64,000 bases of DNA from a virus (lineage: Duplodnaviria > Heunggongvirae > Uroviricota > Caudoviricetes), in IMG/VR virus record IMGVR_UViG_3300042860_001920; one strand, 5' to 3'. The stretch's first letter is position 1; every line of letters starts with the position of its first letter. Shown piece after piece: positions 19,330-27,877 of this stretch. Both the position numbers and the translations under genes were made by a program. The notes below the pieces were generated by a model. That model did not search any database, was not told the DNA's origin, and saw only the letters and a program-made list of their open reading frames with translations.

Positions 19330-19607
19330 ACTGTTTTGTAAAGTTTTTCAACTCTTTTATGAATTCCCTTGTAACAAGCCTCTGCTAACGCTACATCATT
19401 CTCTTCGACACCTTTGGTAAAGAAGATTCCATCTAAGATTAGGTAGATATCTTTCGGGCCAAATTTAATGTCATTGTTTTTAAGTTCTATCTTATCTTTA
19501 ATTTCGGAGATAGGATCAGTAGTCCACAATTGCGCTTCTTTGACATCTTCTTTGGTAAAGCGTTTATTTTGAACCGCTTCTTTCAAACGTGTTTCCCAAG
19601 TTTTCAT
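19326..19607 (-). CDS. Hypothetical protein
   Basis: 93-aa ORF overlapping the radical SAM start by 4 nt. Confidence 0.45.
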   Translation of the reverse strand: MKTWETRLKEAVQNKRFTKEDVKEAQLWTTDPISEIKDKIELKNNDIKFGPKDIYLILDGIFFTKGVEENDVALAEACYKGIHKRVEKLYKTV

Positions 19608-20035
19608 TCATAATCTTTCTTATTTTTAAGAAATTGATAGATGAGTTCCCAATCTTCATTAGGTTCGAATCCTGCTTTATCGTCTAAAATAATATCCATG
19701 TAAAACTTCTTTGAAAAATCACAAAGTTCTGTAGAAGGACATTCTGGATTTTCGTTCACATAATCAACTCGTACATTACGAAAACTTAATTGTTTAACTA
19801 TGGCTTTAAAAGGTTCATCATATGAAGAACTCCATAGAATAATTTTATTGGTAGGGTCAGAAGAAATCATCTGTAAACCCTCAACACCTACTTCGTAAAA
19901 AAATGCACCATCATTATTAAGCTTGTATGTAGGGGTAACGATAACACCATGAACATCTACACACCAGTAAATAAATTGATGTCCACGTTCTCTTTTTTTC
20001 TGCCAAGCAGTAGAAATTGCCTTAGTTATGCTCAT
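19604..20035 (-). CDS. Hypothetical protein
   Basis: 143-aa ORF; first gene of the coupled run. Confidence 0.45.
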   Translation of the reverse strand: MSITKAISTAWQKKRERGHQFIYWCVDVHGVIVTPTYKLNNDGAFFYEVGVEGLQMISSDPTNKIILWSSSYDEPFKAIVKQLSFRNVRVDYVNENPECPSTELCDFSKKFYMDIILDDKAGFEPNEDWELIYQFLKNKKDYE

Positions 20036-20208
20036 AAACGTGTTATCCTTGAAACCTGCACCTCTTGAATATCATAGCCACTTTGAATCATAGCCAAGAT
20101 ATCAATAGCAATCTGTTCTGCTTTATAGATTGTTATCATTTGTGGACTATACATCCAAATTAGATTATTAATCGCCTTCTTTAACTCGGTTGTATCTTCA
20201 TTCATAAA

Positions 20209-20628
20209 TTAATCTTTCTTAATACAAATGATGTTTTGAATAAACATAGGTCTACCGCCCATATATAAGAAACGTCCAAAAATAAGCATAAGATTCCAAA
20301 GTTCAGTCTTAAATAAACGTGTAGTGGGATTGTATCCAGTTGGTATTGTTTGATATGTAGAAATTGGTGCGTGTACTATATTATAATTCATCAATTCTTC
20401 TGCACCCTCAGATGTTAAATAAACCATAACCATATCATTAATATTATAACGTGTAAACGGAGGTTCTGGTGCTACAACCTGTTCTGTGACATATTTTCTA
20501 TATCTAAAATTGCAGAGAGGATTGGCTTTGCAAAATTGTCTTGCTTCCTTTCTAGTAAAGAATACACCGTCAGTAACATTCCATTTATTCTTAAAATATT
20601 GTTCTGTAACCCATATGTAATTTTTCAT
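20209..20628 (-). CDS. Hypothetical protein
   Basis: Start moved to internal ATG 20628 (MKNYIWV), giving an ATGA overlap with the upstream gene. Confidence 0.4.
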   Translation of the reverse strand: MKNYIWVTEQYFKNKWNVTDGVFFTRKEARQFCKANPLCNFRYRKYVTEQVVAPEPPFTRYNINDMVMVYLTSEGAEELMNYNIVHAPISTYQTIPTGYNPTTRLFKTELWNLMLIFGRFLYMGGRPMFIQNIICIKKD

Positions 20629-20978
20629 AAAATAAATCCTAACTGTTCTGAAATTGATAGAAAACTGAAATCTTTCAAATCCTTGCTCCAACAAAAATCA
20701 TACTTACATCCAAAACTTTCAATATCTTTAATACGATCCAATATATTACATTCCTCACTTATGGTATGTGTCTTATATATTGCACCTTTCCCATCTACCT
20801 TACTAAAGAACTGTGTTAGCGTCAAGTCATTTGTATCGACCACTAACAAAGTATATCCAACAGTCTTTGCAAAAAGATTATTTGAACCGTTGTAAGGTCT
20901 GTATCCCATTTGTGCTAAAGGCTTTTCAATTAGCTTACCAAATGGGCTAGATGTCGGTGATGGCATACGTAAATCCAT
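20625..20978 (-). CDS. Hypothetical protein
   Basis: 117-aa ORF. Confidence 0.45.
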   Translation of the reverse strand: MDLRMPSPTSSPFGKLIEKPLAQMGYRPYNGSNNLFAKTVGYTLLVVDTNDLTLTQFFSKVDGKGAIYKTHTISEECNILDRIKDIESFGCKYDFCWSKDLKDFSFLSISEQLGFIL

Positions 20979-20979
20979 G

Positions 20980-21234
20980 TTATTTCACAGTTTTCCAGAT
21001 AGAAAGGTTTAAATCAACTTCGGTTTGATGTTTACGACAAACCATACACGTTCTTTCATTTGTAATATCGTCTAAATTAAATTCATCATTAAATGTACCC
21101 CAATATCCCCAATCATGTTTACCAAAGATACATTTAATTCTATCAAAAAATGATATCTTATACGGCTCACGTTTACAAAATTGCATATCTTCGGTTATAT
21201 TCATAATATTACCCCAATAACGGCAAGTCACCAA
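20980..21234 (-). CDS. Hypothetical Cys-containing protein
   Basis: 84-aa ORF. Confidence 0.4.
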   Translation of the reverse strand: MVTCRYWGNIMNITEDMQFCKREPYKISFFDRIKCIFGKHDWGYWGTFNDEFNLDDITNERTCMVCRKHQTEVDLNLSIWKTVK

Positions 21235-21631
21235 TTATAGCACGAATCTTGTCACTATCACCCAAAAAGGCCACACCTACTAAGCAATCTTCAACCACAA
21301 TCTTTTGTGTTTCAGATACTTTTACATAGATAGTATCTCGCCATTCAGTATAAGGAACTTTAAGTGTATTAGCTTGTGTAATAAAATGACGCAAGACTTC
21401 CATATTTGGTACACCGTGTACAAAAATATACGGACTATCTAACCATTCTAAAATTGACTTATCTATCGTAACTTTAACACTAAAATCATTATCTAACTGT
21501 GATTTAGTAATATCATTTAATAACAATTTTCTAAACATCTCAAAATGAATGTGTGCCACTTGTGCTTCTGATAATCCTTTAGGAAGGTTTAAATCTGTTC
21601 TAACTAAAATACTTTGTCGAATATTTGCCAT
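21209..21631 (-). CDS. Hypothetical protein
   Basis: 140-aa ORF. Confidence 0.45.
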   Translation of the reverse strand: MANIRQSILVRTDLNLPKGLSEAQVAHIHFEMFRKLLLNDITKSQLDNDFSVKVTIDKSILEWLDSPYIFVHGVPNMEVLRHFITQANTLKVPYTEWRDTIYVKVSETQKIVVEDCLVGVAFLGDSDKIRAIIGDLPLLG

Positions 21632-21743
21632 AATTAACCCTTCTTATTCGGTTTATATTCGGTATAGAAGTCAACAGTTTTCTTGTTGACTCCCTTAACC
21701 TTTTTATGCTTTCTGATGTAGTTAAGAATATTGTCCTTTTTCA

Positions 21744-23123
21744 TCACCAAGTTCCAACATTCTTACGAACTTCGTCAAAGGTATATTCTTTAAGGATTTC
21801 ACCATCACGAAACACTTCAACTAATTCGTCAGGACGAGGATCACTTAATCCAACAGTATGAAAATCACCCTTTTCATCTTTAATGAGTTTCAACTTACCT
21901 TTCTTGGAAACCTTACTAACTTCCAAAGGATTTTTAAAGATATCGTACCATACACCCTCACGGCATTGTGCAGAAGATTTAAATGCAAAACGCTGAAAAT
22001 CCCTGTCGATCTTTTGTAGTAAGCCTCCACCTTGACCAAAAACTTGACTATCAGTAGAGTACATATTATTACTCAAACTGAATAAGATGCTACGGATACC
22101 CGCATAATCAATACCGTCACCCCATAGAACACCAAGTTTTGGGTGTAATTCCTTATAACCTTTGTCATTTTTAGTTGTTCCAAAGATATCCGCAACCATA
22201 TTAAACACATCAATTGTTACAGATGTGGGATCGCCCGAATCTGGGCGTAAAACAAGCTTACCATTACGAGCAAGAATCACATCCTTATACTTACGAACAA
22301 TTACATTTACAAAGTTCTTATAGTCGTAAGAATCGATAACCACACTCAAGATACCTTCTGGATATGTACCAAGTAATTCAGCAAAAACTTGTTCTTCGCC
22401 TTCTTTACCCCTAGCTGTCATGACCGAATGTTCAGTAGCCGGGACTGAATATGCCAATCCGTCTAGTGGTGCATTGTAGTATTCCATTGCCACTTCCATA
22501 GCCTTTACGGTATCAGTACCAAGAAAATTTAGCAAATGTCCTGCACCAAGCACACCAGCAGATTCTACAGAGCTAACACCCCTGAATCCAAAATCATGTA
22601 AACCAAACTTAATTCCATTACGTGTTCCTGTGCGATCACGATAAAATTCAATCAATTTATATGTCTCATAGGAAAGACTTGCGACAGTCGAAGCTCCCCA
22701 AATCTGAGACAATAATGTTTCCAAATGATTCGTCAAAGGCGCACACTTAGGATCAGTATTAACAACCGTCATAAGAACGTTTGAAACTGATACAGGAGTA
22801 CCTTCTGGTACTGCCTTGATGCTGATAGGTAGCTTCCCATCATACTTCTCAAGTATGTATTCCCACATCTCACGATTAAAATTCTTTTCAGTACCAAAGT
22901 GAGCCTTACAAAGTTTTGCGGCACTTTCGATACCCTTACGAGTAACTACCGTACCCTGCAAGTATGCTTTAAGGTAATATTGCAAACCGAAAAACACAGT
23001 CTTGTTGTACTTGGCTCCATTACGAGACTCAAAGTATGAGTAAATGTATTCCGTACCTTTGGGATACTGTTGAAAATGCGTAAATTTATAACTATCAGTC
23101 AATGTAATAATGTTGTTTTCCAT
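21744..23123 (-). CDS. nadV: Nicotinamide phosphoribosyltransferase (Nampt/NadV)
   Basis: 459 aa with GLHDFGFRGVSSVESAGVLGAGHLLNFLGTDTV and other Nampt-like blocks. Confidence 0.85.
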   Translation of the reverse strand: MENNIITLTDSYKFTHFQQYPKGTEYIYSYFESRNGAKYNKTVFFGLQYYLKAYLQGTVVTRKGIESAAKLCKAHFGTEKNFNREMWEYILEKYDGKLPISIKAVPEGTPVSVSNVLMTVVNTDPKCAPLTNHLETLLSQIWGASTVASLSYETYKLIEFYRDRTGTRNGIKFGLHDFGFRGVSSVESAGVLGAGHLLNFLGTDTVKAMEVAMEYYNAPLDGLAYSVPATEHSVMTARGKEGEEQVFAELLGTYPEGILSVVIDSYDYKNFVNVIVRKYKDVILARNGKLVLRPDSGDPTSVTIDVFNMVADIFGTTKNDKGYKELHPKLGVLWGDGIDYAGIRSILFSLSNNMYSTDSQVFGQGGGLLQKIDRDFQRFAFKSSAQCREGVWYDIFKNPLEVSKVSKKGKLKLIKDEKGDFHTVGLSDPRPDELVEVFRDGEILKEYTFDEVRKNVGTW

Positions 23124-23176
23124 AATTTTATCCTTTCAATGCTTTTTTCAATTCTTCTCTTCGTTTCAAATATAAC

Positions 23177-23368
23177 TTACAACCCTCTAAAAAATCCAAC
23201 GCTACAGCCACTAGAAACCGAAACGCAAAGAACTGTCCTATCTTCAAAAGAGTTATAACGGTATAATACTGCTTCCGCTATAGCCACTTTAAAGTGGAAA
23301 ATATATTTCCATACATTCTTTTCAGGACTTTCAAAGCATATTGGCTCTTTTTCAAATAAGTCGTTCAT
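23177..23368 (-). CDS. Small hypothetical protein
   Basis: 63-aa ORF whose ATG lies 2 nt after the natV stop. Confidence 0.35.
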   Translation of the reverse strand: MNDLFEKEPICFESPEKNVWKYIFHFKVAIAEAVLYRYNSFEDRTVLCVSVSSGCSVGFFRGL

Positions 23369-23369
23369 T

Positions 23370-24278
23370 TTAAGATTTCTTCAAATATTTTTGTAACATA
23401 TCAAATAATGGCTTATGTTCAGGAATCATATCAGTAGCCGTTAGCTTGTCAATATCAAAGAATTTGACTTCACAGATATCATCATTCGCTTCTGGACGAC
23501 CAAATAAGATTTTTCCAACAAAAAATAGTGTTTTGACTTTATCTATTTCTCGTCTGTAACGAAAATCGTTGATAATAGTACTACCAAGATATTTCAAATC
23601 CCCAATTTCGAGTCCAGTTTCCTCTTGAACCTCTCTACGGGCATCAGTCTCGTAACAGTCTGATTTAGGGTCTGCGAAGCCTCCTACAAAGCGGTAGAGT
23701 GTTTCTTTAGCCTTCCTAGCTAATAGAATCTTACTATAATCTTCATTGAAGATAGCGATATCAACACAAGGAAAACAGGTAGGAAAACGATTTCCAGAAG
23801 CCCAAATCACCCCTGCTCGGAAATCCGCAGAAGATTTAACCTTCTTTGAAATATTCTTACGAATTTCAGAACCAGAAATATAAGTTTCCTGCATCAATTC
23901 TTGTGTACGATACTTACCAGAATAATGTGTAATGAAAGAATCTCTACTTCCGTATAGGACAACGGATTGCGTAGGACTTGCTAAATCTCGGATTTTTTCA
24001 TCTAAATCTTTAGACCAAACTTCATCAGATGGATTATCTTTAATATACATTACAATAACTTTTGGAAAACTCTCTAAAATCATTTGTTTACGGGATTCAA
24101 AGTCTAAAGGGTTATTTGATGTAACCATTAAAGGACTTAATCCAAGAAAGATAATAACTTTCTCATGTTCATTGCAAACACTTTGAATTAAATCTAAATG
24201 TGCAGAATGGAGTTCATGCACCTGAAAACGCCCTATCACAATTCCGATATCCTCGGTAGGTTTCTCTACTTTCTTCAT
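23370..24278 (-). CDS. natV: Bifunctional NMN adenylyltransferase / Nudix hydrolase (NadM-Nudix, NatV)
   Basis: Nucleotidyltransferase motif GRFQVHELHSAHL; Nudix box REVQEETGLE in the C-terminal half. Confidence 0.8.
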   Translation of the reverse strand: MKKVEKPTEDIGIVIGRFQVHELHSAHLDLIQSVCNEHEKVIIFLGLSPLMVTSNNPLDFESRKQMILESFPKVIVMYIKDNPSDEVWSKDLDEKIRDLASPTQSVVLYGSRDSFITHYSGKYRTQELMQETYISGSEIRKNISKKVKSSADFRAGVIWASGNRFPTCFPCVDIAIFNEDYSKILLARKAKETLYRFVGGFADPKSDCYETDARREVQEETGLEIGDLKYLGSTIINDFRYRREIDKVKTLFFVGKILFGRPEANDDICEVKFFDIDKLTATDMIPEHKPLFDMLQKYLKKS

Positions 24279-24346
24279 AATATTTTCCTTTCGATCTTAT
24301 TATTTCAGTTAAACATTGCTTATAACTATTATCTATCGCAATGTTT

Positions 24347-24379
24347 CAATTATTTACTATTTTCGTTACAAAGTCAACA
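24347..24379 (-). promoter_or_regulatory. Sigma70-like promoter repeat (class B, copy 1) upstream of natV
   Basis: Minus strand reads GTTGACT-17nt-AATAAT; 33-bp near-identical repeat of 24606-24638. Confidence 0.5.
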
Positions 24380-24380
24380 A

Positions 24381-24602
24381 CTATTTATACCAATATATTC
24401 TTGTTCCAGACGATTGTTTACATTGTTTACATATGCCCAATTTTGCGGGTGGTTGTGAACCTTCTGTGGTATAACTATCCAAAATACTATCTTTTAAGAT
24501 ATAACCATCAGCACTTTTCTTACACCTTATGCAAAATTGTGGGTCTGGAAGGGTGTCTGCCCATTTTTTCTTATTAGTACAGGATTTTTTACCACGTTTC
24601 AT
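24381..24602 (-). CDS. Small Lys/Cys-rich protein
   Basis: 73-aa ORF with CIRCKK...CKQCK. Confidence 0.45.
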   Translation of the reverse strand: MKRGKKSCTNKKKWADTLPDPQFCIRCKKSADGYILKDSILDSYTTEGSQPPAKLGICKQCKQSSGTRIYWYK

Positions 24603-24605
24603 AAA

Positions 24606-24638
24606 TCAATTGTTTACTATTTTCGTTACAAAGTCAAC
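24606..24638 (-). promoter_or_regulatory. Sigma70-like promoter repeat (class B, copy 2)
   Basis: GTTGACTTTGTAACGAAAATAGTAAACAATTGA on the minus strand. Confidence 0.5.
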
Positions 24639-24645
24639 TAATATT

Positions 24646-24888
24646 TTAATTTTCTTTTTTAACAGGATATACCGTTAATGCGTTGTATCTAAGAAGTTTA
24701 CCTGCGTCAACAATATTCTTGTGAAATATATTAGCATCATCTTCTTTGGTAAAAAACTCTTTACAGTTTCTCCTGTATGCATAATAATCGCCAGTATGTG
24801 ATATCCATTCCACCGACCAACATTCATAAGTGTCAACCTCTTTTTGAATTTCATCTACCGTAATTAACTTTTTATTAAATTTAAACAT
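24646..24888 (-). CDS. Hypothetical protein
   Basis: 80-aa ORF preceded by RBS AAAGGAAAT. Confidence 0.5.
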   Translation of the reverse strand: MFKFNKKLITVDEIQKEVDTYECWSVEWISHTGDYYAYRRNCKEFFTKEDDANIFHKNIVDAGKLLRYNALTVYPVKKEN

Positions 24889-25164
24889 ATTTCCTTTCTA
24901 TTTTATCAATGAATTTCAGAATTGTGTTATTACACCAAAGAGTCTAAAGCTTGGCCTACCGTTACTTTCGTTGTGCTGTAGATTTAATCCAACCTTCTCA
25001 TACACCGTCAACCAAGACTTCTTCATATATCTAATAGTCTATTTATGTTGGACATATTAACGCTTTTGGAACGTGTTAAACGGGATCACCCATTTATGAA
25101 TATGTAACTATTCCTTTTATTCGACTCACTCTTTAAAGGATGGACACTTCTAATCCTACCTCGT

Positions 25165-25206
25165 TCTGAAAGTAATACTCTATGCTATTCTAATTTCAAA
25201 GTCAAC
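25165..25206 (-). promoter_or_regulatory. Sigma70-like promoter (class B variant)
   Basis: Minus strand TTGACT-17nt-TAGAGT; starts a ~300-nt ORF-free leader. Confidence 0.4.
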
Positions 25207-25503
25207 TTATTTCGTATAATCCGCAGGATATTTTTCAGTAGCCTTACCTAATAGATACGCTCTATAGGCCAAAAGTTCTGGAAATGTTCTTGCAGTTGGG
25301 CATTGTTCCAACGTGCATTCAAACATATAATTAAACCATTTAGGTATACGGGTAAGATTTGCATTAGGAAATACCTTCTTCTTTTTGGCAACTTTTGTAA
25401 TAGGTTTCTCTACTAACAAATATCTGCAACTATAACCACAAGTACCCTTATTCAAACGACATTTTGCGTAAGTTTGTATACATTTCATAATTTCACCAAT
25501 CAA
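25207..25503 (-). CDS. Hypothetical Cys-containing protein
   Basis: 98-aa ORF. Confidence 0.45.
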   Translation of the reverse strand: MIGEIMKCIQTYAKCRLNKGTCGYSCRYLLVEKPITKVAKKKKVFPNANLTRIPKWFNYMFECTLEQCPTARTFPELLAYRAYLLGKATEKYPADYTK

Positions 25504-25888
25504 TATTTATCACATAATCACCAGCATCTAATAGACCACGTTCCTGTAAATCGTTTGCAATCATTTGAATATTAGGATAGAAGTTGCGATCCCACCACAT
25601 ATCAATCTCCCATTGTTCTGTGTCACTACCCTCTTCTTCGTCTTTCAATGGTGATTTGGGGTCACGATTAAGCCATGCCTTAAAACTTACACCCATTTCT
25701 TCGTGATTGACCTCTTCTGGAACAGTATCATTTTCATAATCATCTGCAAACTCTGGTACAGTTATAGGAAAAGTTCCTCGATCTTTACACCCATCTTGTT
25801 GTTGGAAGCAATATGGTCGCTTATAAGTATCCTTTACGAGCTTATCCCATTCACTTACATTAATCATATTTACTTTGTTAATTTTCAT
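25493..25888 (-). CDS. Hypothetical acidic protein
   Basis: 131-aa ORF. Confidence 0.45.
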   Translation of the reverse strand: MKINKVNMINVSEWDKLVKDTYKRPYCFQQQDGCKDRGTFPITVPEFADDYENDTVPEEVNHEEMGVSFKAWLNRDPKSPLKDEEEGSDTEQWEIDMWWDRNFYPNIQMIANDLQERGLLDAGDYVINIDW

Positions 25889-25919
25889 AGCGTAACCATA
25901 TACCCCTTCTTATTGAATG

Positions 25920-26345
25920 TCAATTACCAATAGGCCAAATATACGGTAAATTATTGGGAACCTTCCAATTGAATTGTTTATAGTATTCCGGTGCTTTACG
26001 CATTAAATTTGATTTATGTGTGTTATGAAAAGCTTCGTCACCTAACCAAGAAGGATATGTAGTATTTTTGAAATAATTTTTAAATTCTGAAATTTTAGGT
26101 ATTAATGTATCCTTCATACCACGTTTGATACATTCGTTGGCAATAATTAATGAATATTCGATTAATGTTTCCTCATGTGTTCTCCACGCTTTAACAATAG
26201 GATGATTACGCCAACCTTTAGCATTATCACCTAGATGCAATGTTTTTAATATTTGATAACATTCAACCTTCTGTTTATTGAGTCTCCGTTTATCGAGTAT
26301 TTTAGCACATTCGATAAAATCATTAGATGGTAAAAATGTTTGCAT
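25920..26345 (-). CDS. denV: Pyrimidine dimer DNA glycosylase (endonuclease V, DenV-like)
   Basis: LIIANECIKRGMKDT matches T4 DenV IAECLKRGFNIKDT; 141 aa versus 138 aa in T4. Confidence 0.7.
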   Translation of the reverse strand: MQTFLPSNDFIECAKILDKRRLNKQKVECYQILKTLHLGDNAKGWRNHPIVKAWRTHEETLIEYSLIIANECIKRGMKDTLIPKISEFKNYFKNTTYPSWLGDEAFHNTHKSNLMRKAPEYYKQFNWKVPNNLPYIWPIGN

Positions 26346-26346
26346 A

Positions 26347-26580
26347 TTAATCCTTTACAAAGCCACCAAAATTAGCTTCATACATTTCAAACTTATCACC
26401 ATCATGTTCAACAATCCAACTATGTATGGGGATTCTTGATTCGATAGCAGTTACTATATAAGATGGAGTGTTACCATAACCTTTCCAAATAACTACATCA
26501 CCGACTTCAATATCTTCCCAATCTTTAGTCACAACGCCATCACCTTGACAATATGGACAAGTTTTAATATGGTTATTCAT
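26347..26580 (-). CDS. Hypothetical protein
   Basis: 77-aa ORF with CPYCQ. Confidence 0.45.
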   Translation of the reverse strand: MNNHIKTCPYCQGDGVVTKDWEDIEVGDVVIWKGYGNTPSYIVTAIESRIPIHSWIVEHDGDKFEMYEANFGGFVKD

Positions 26581-27065
26581 AAATGTTTTAAAGAGGCATC
26601 AACCGTCTTCTCCAAAGTGTTATAAATTGGACATGACGCACCAACTCGTTGAGCATCTTCCACCCACATGATATCATTATAATTATGTCGAAATGAATCA
26701 TCAGGTCTACCGTAGACAAGTTTTCTACGATGTCGAGCCATCCAATAACCCATTTCAAAATTAGTCGTAAGTCCAATTAATTCTCTTGTTCGTGGTATCC
26801 AAAACATTATCACATGTGAATTCGAAAGTCCACAATTTTCCCACACTGGTAAATCATAGCGATACTTATCAGATTCAGTCTTATCAATAAATTCAGGAAT
26901 GATTAAATTGCCATCAAATCCTTTAGACTTGAATAATTCAATAGCTTCAAAACGCCATGAAGTCAAGTGGGTTTGATTTCCTCTAACAGTCACACCCGCT
27001 AGAAAAATACTAGGTACATCAAATTTTAATGTATGTATATTAGTTTCGTATCTAATTTCTTTCAT
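26577..27065 (-). CDS. Nucleoside 2-deoxyribosyltransferase-like protein (paralogue B)
   Basis: IFLAGVTVRG ... IMFWIPR ... GLTTNFEMG ... YGRPD; paralogue of 10278-10763. Confidence 0.45.
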   Translation of the reverse strand: MKEIRYETNIHTLKFDVPSIFLAGVTVRGNQTHLTSWRFEAIELFKSKGFDGNLIIPEFIDKTESDKYRYDLPVWENCGLSNSHVIMFWIPRTRELIGLTTNFEMGYWMARHRRKLVYGRPDDSFRHNYNDIMWVEDAQRVGASCPIYNTLEKTVDASLKHL

Positions 27066-27117
27066 TTTTATACACTTTCTCCTGTAATTTTTTCATCGTA
27101 TAATGATATGTACAAAC

Positions 27118-27858
27118 CTATTTTACAAGATTAAATTGATATGTTGGATATTCAATCTCATAATCATCATTAAGCAAAGAAACACAATTACTAGTAGTTT
27201 CTGATACCCGTTCAATATTTTCGTTAATATGTGGAATAATTAACGGAGTATGTGAACACTCATGTATGTGACCATAACAAAAATGTTTAGGTTTAGCTCT
27301 AAGTATGTGTTTTCTCAAAGATTTTGAACCGATATGTTCATCTTCTCTGGAATAACTTTTATACGGGCCTTTTAAGATTACATCATTCCAACCATAAGCA
27401 GGGCCATGAGATAAAAGTATATCCAAACCTTCTGGAATCTTAGAATAAATATTATCCAAAGCTTCCTCACAAGTCATAAACGCCCAATTACCAAAGGTCG
27501 GTGTCCACGGTGTACCATAGATTTTAACACCTTCAAGTTCAACGCCAGAATCGTTTAGAAAATGTACATTATCAGGTAACGACATATAGAAATCACCTGT
27601 AGTATTAGTAGTAACCTTTTTAAAGACGAAATCATGGTTCCCCGCAATAAAGACAACATGCTTAACCACTTTATTCTTAATTAACTGGTCAGTCCAAGGT
27701 AGGAAATGGTTTTTAAGCCAATACATCTGATTAGTCGGATTATGTGAGCCATTAACAGGACAGATATCACCACTAATAGTCAAAATATCACCAGAAGGAA
27801 TCTTGAATTCAAGTTCCCCATGTATATCGCTAGTTGCTACTATTTTTACTTCTTTCAT
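27118..27858 (-). CDS. Calcineurin-like metallophosphoesterase
   Basis: IVATSDIHGE and FIAGNHDF motifs. Confidence 0.65.
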   Translation of the reverse strand: MKEVKIVATSDIHGELEFKIPSGDILTISGDICPVNGSHNPTNQMYWLKNHFLPWTDQLIKNKVVKHVVFIAGNHDFVFKKVTTNTTGDFYMSLPDNVHFLNDSGVELEGVKIYGTPWTPTFGNWAFMTCEEALDNIYSKIPEGLDILLSHGPAYGWNDVILKGPYKSYSREDEHIGSKSLRKHILRAKPKHFCYGHIHECSHTPLIIPHINENIERVSETTSNCVSLLNDDYEIEYPTYQFNLVK

Positions 27859-27877
27859 ATTAACTTTCTAATGGAGT

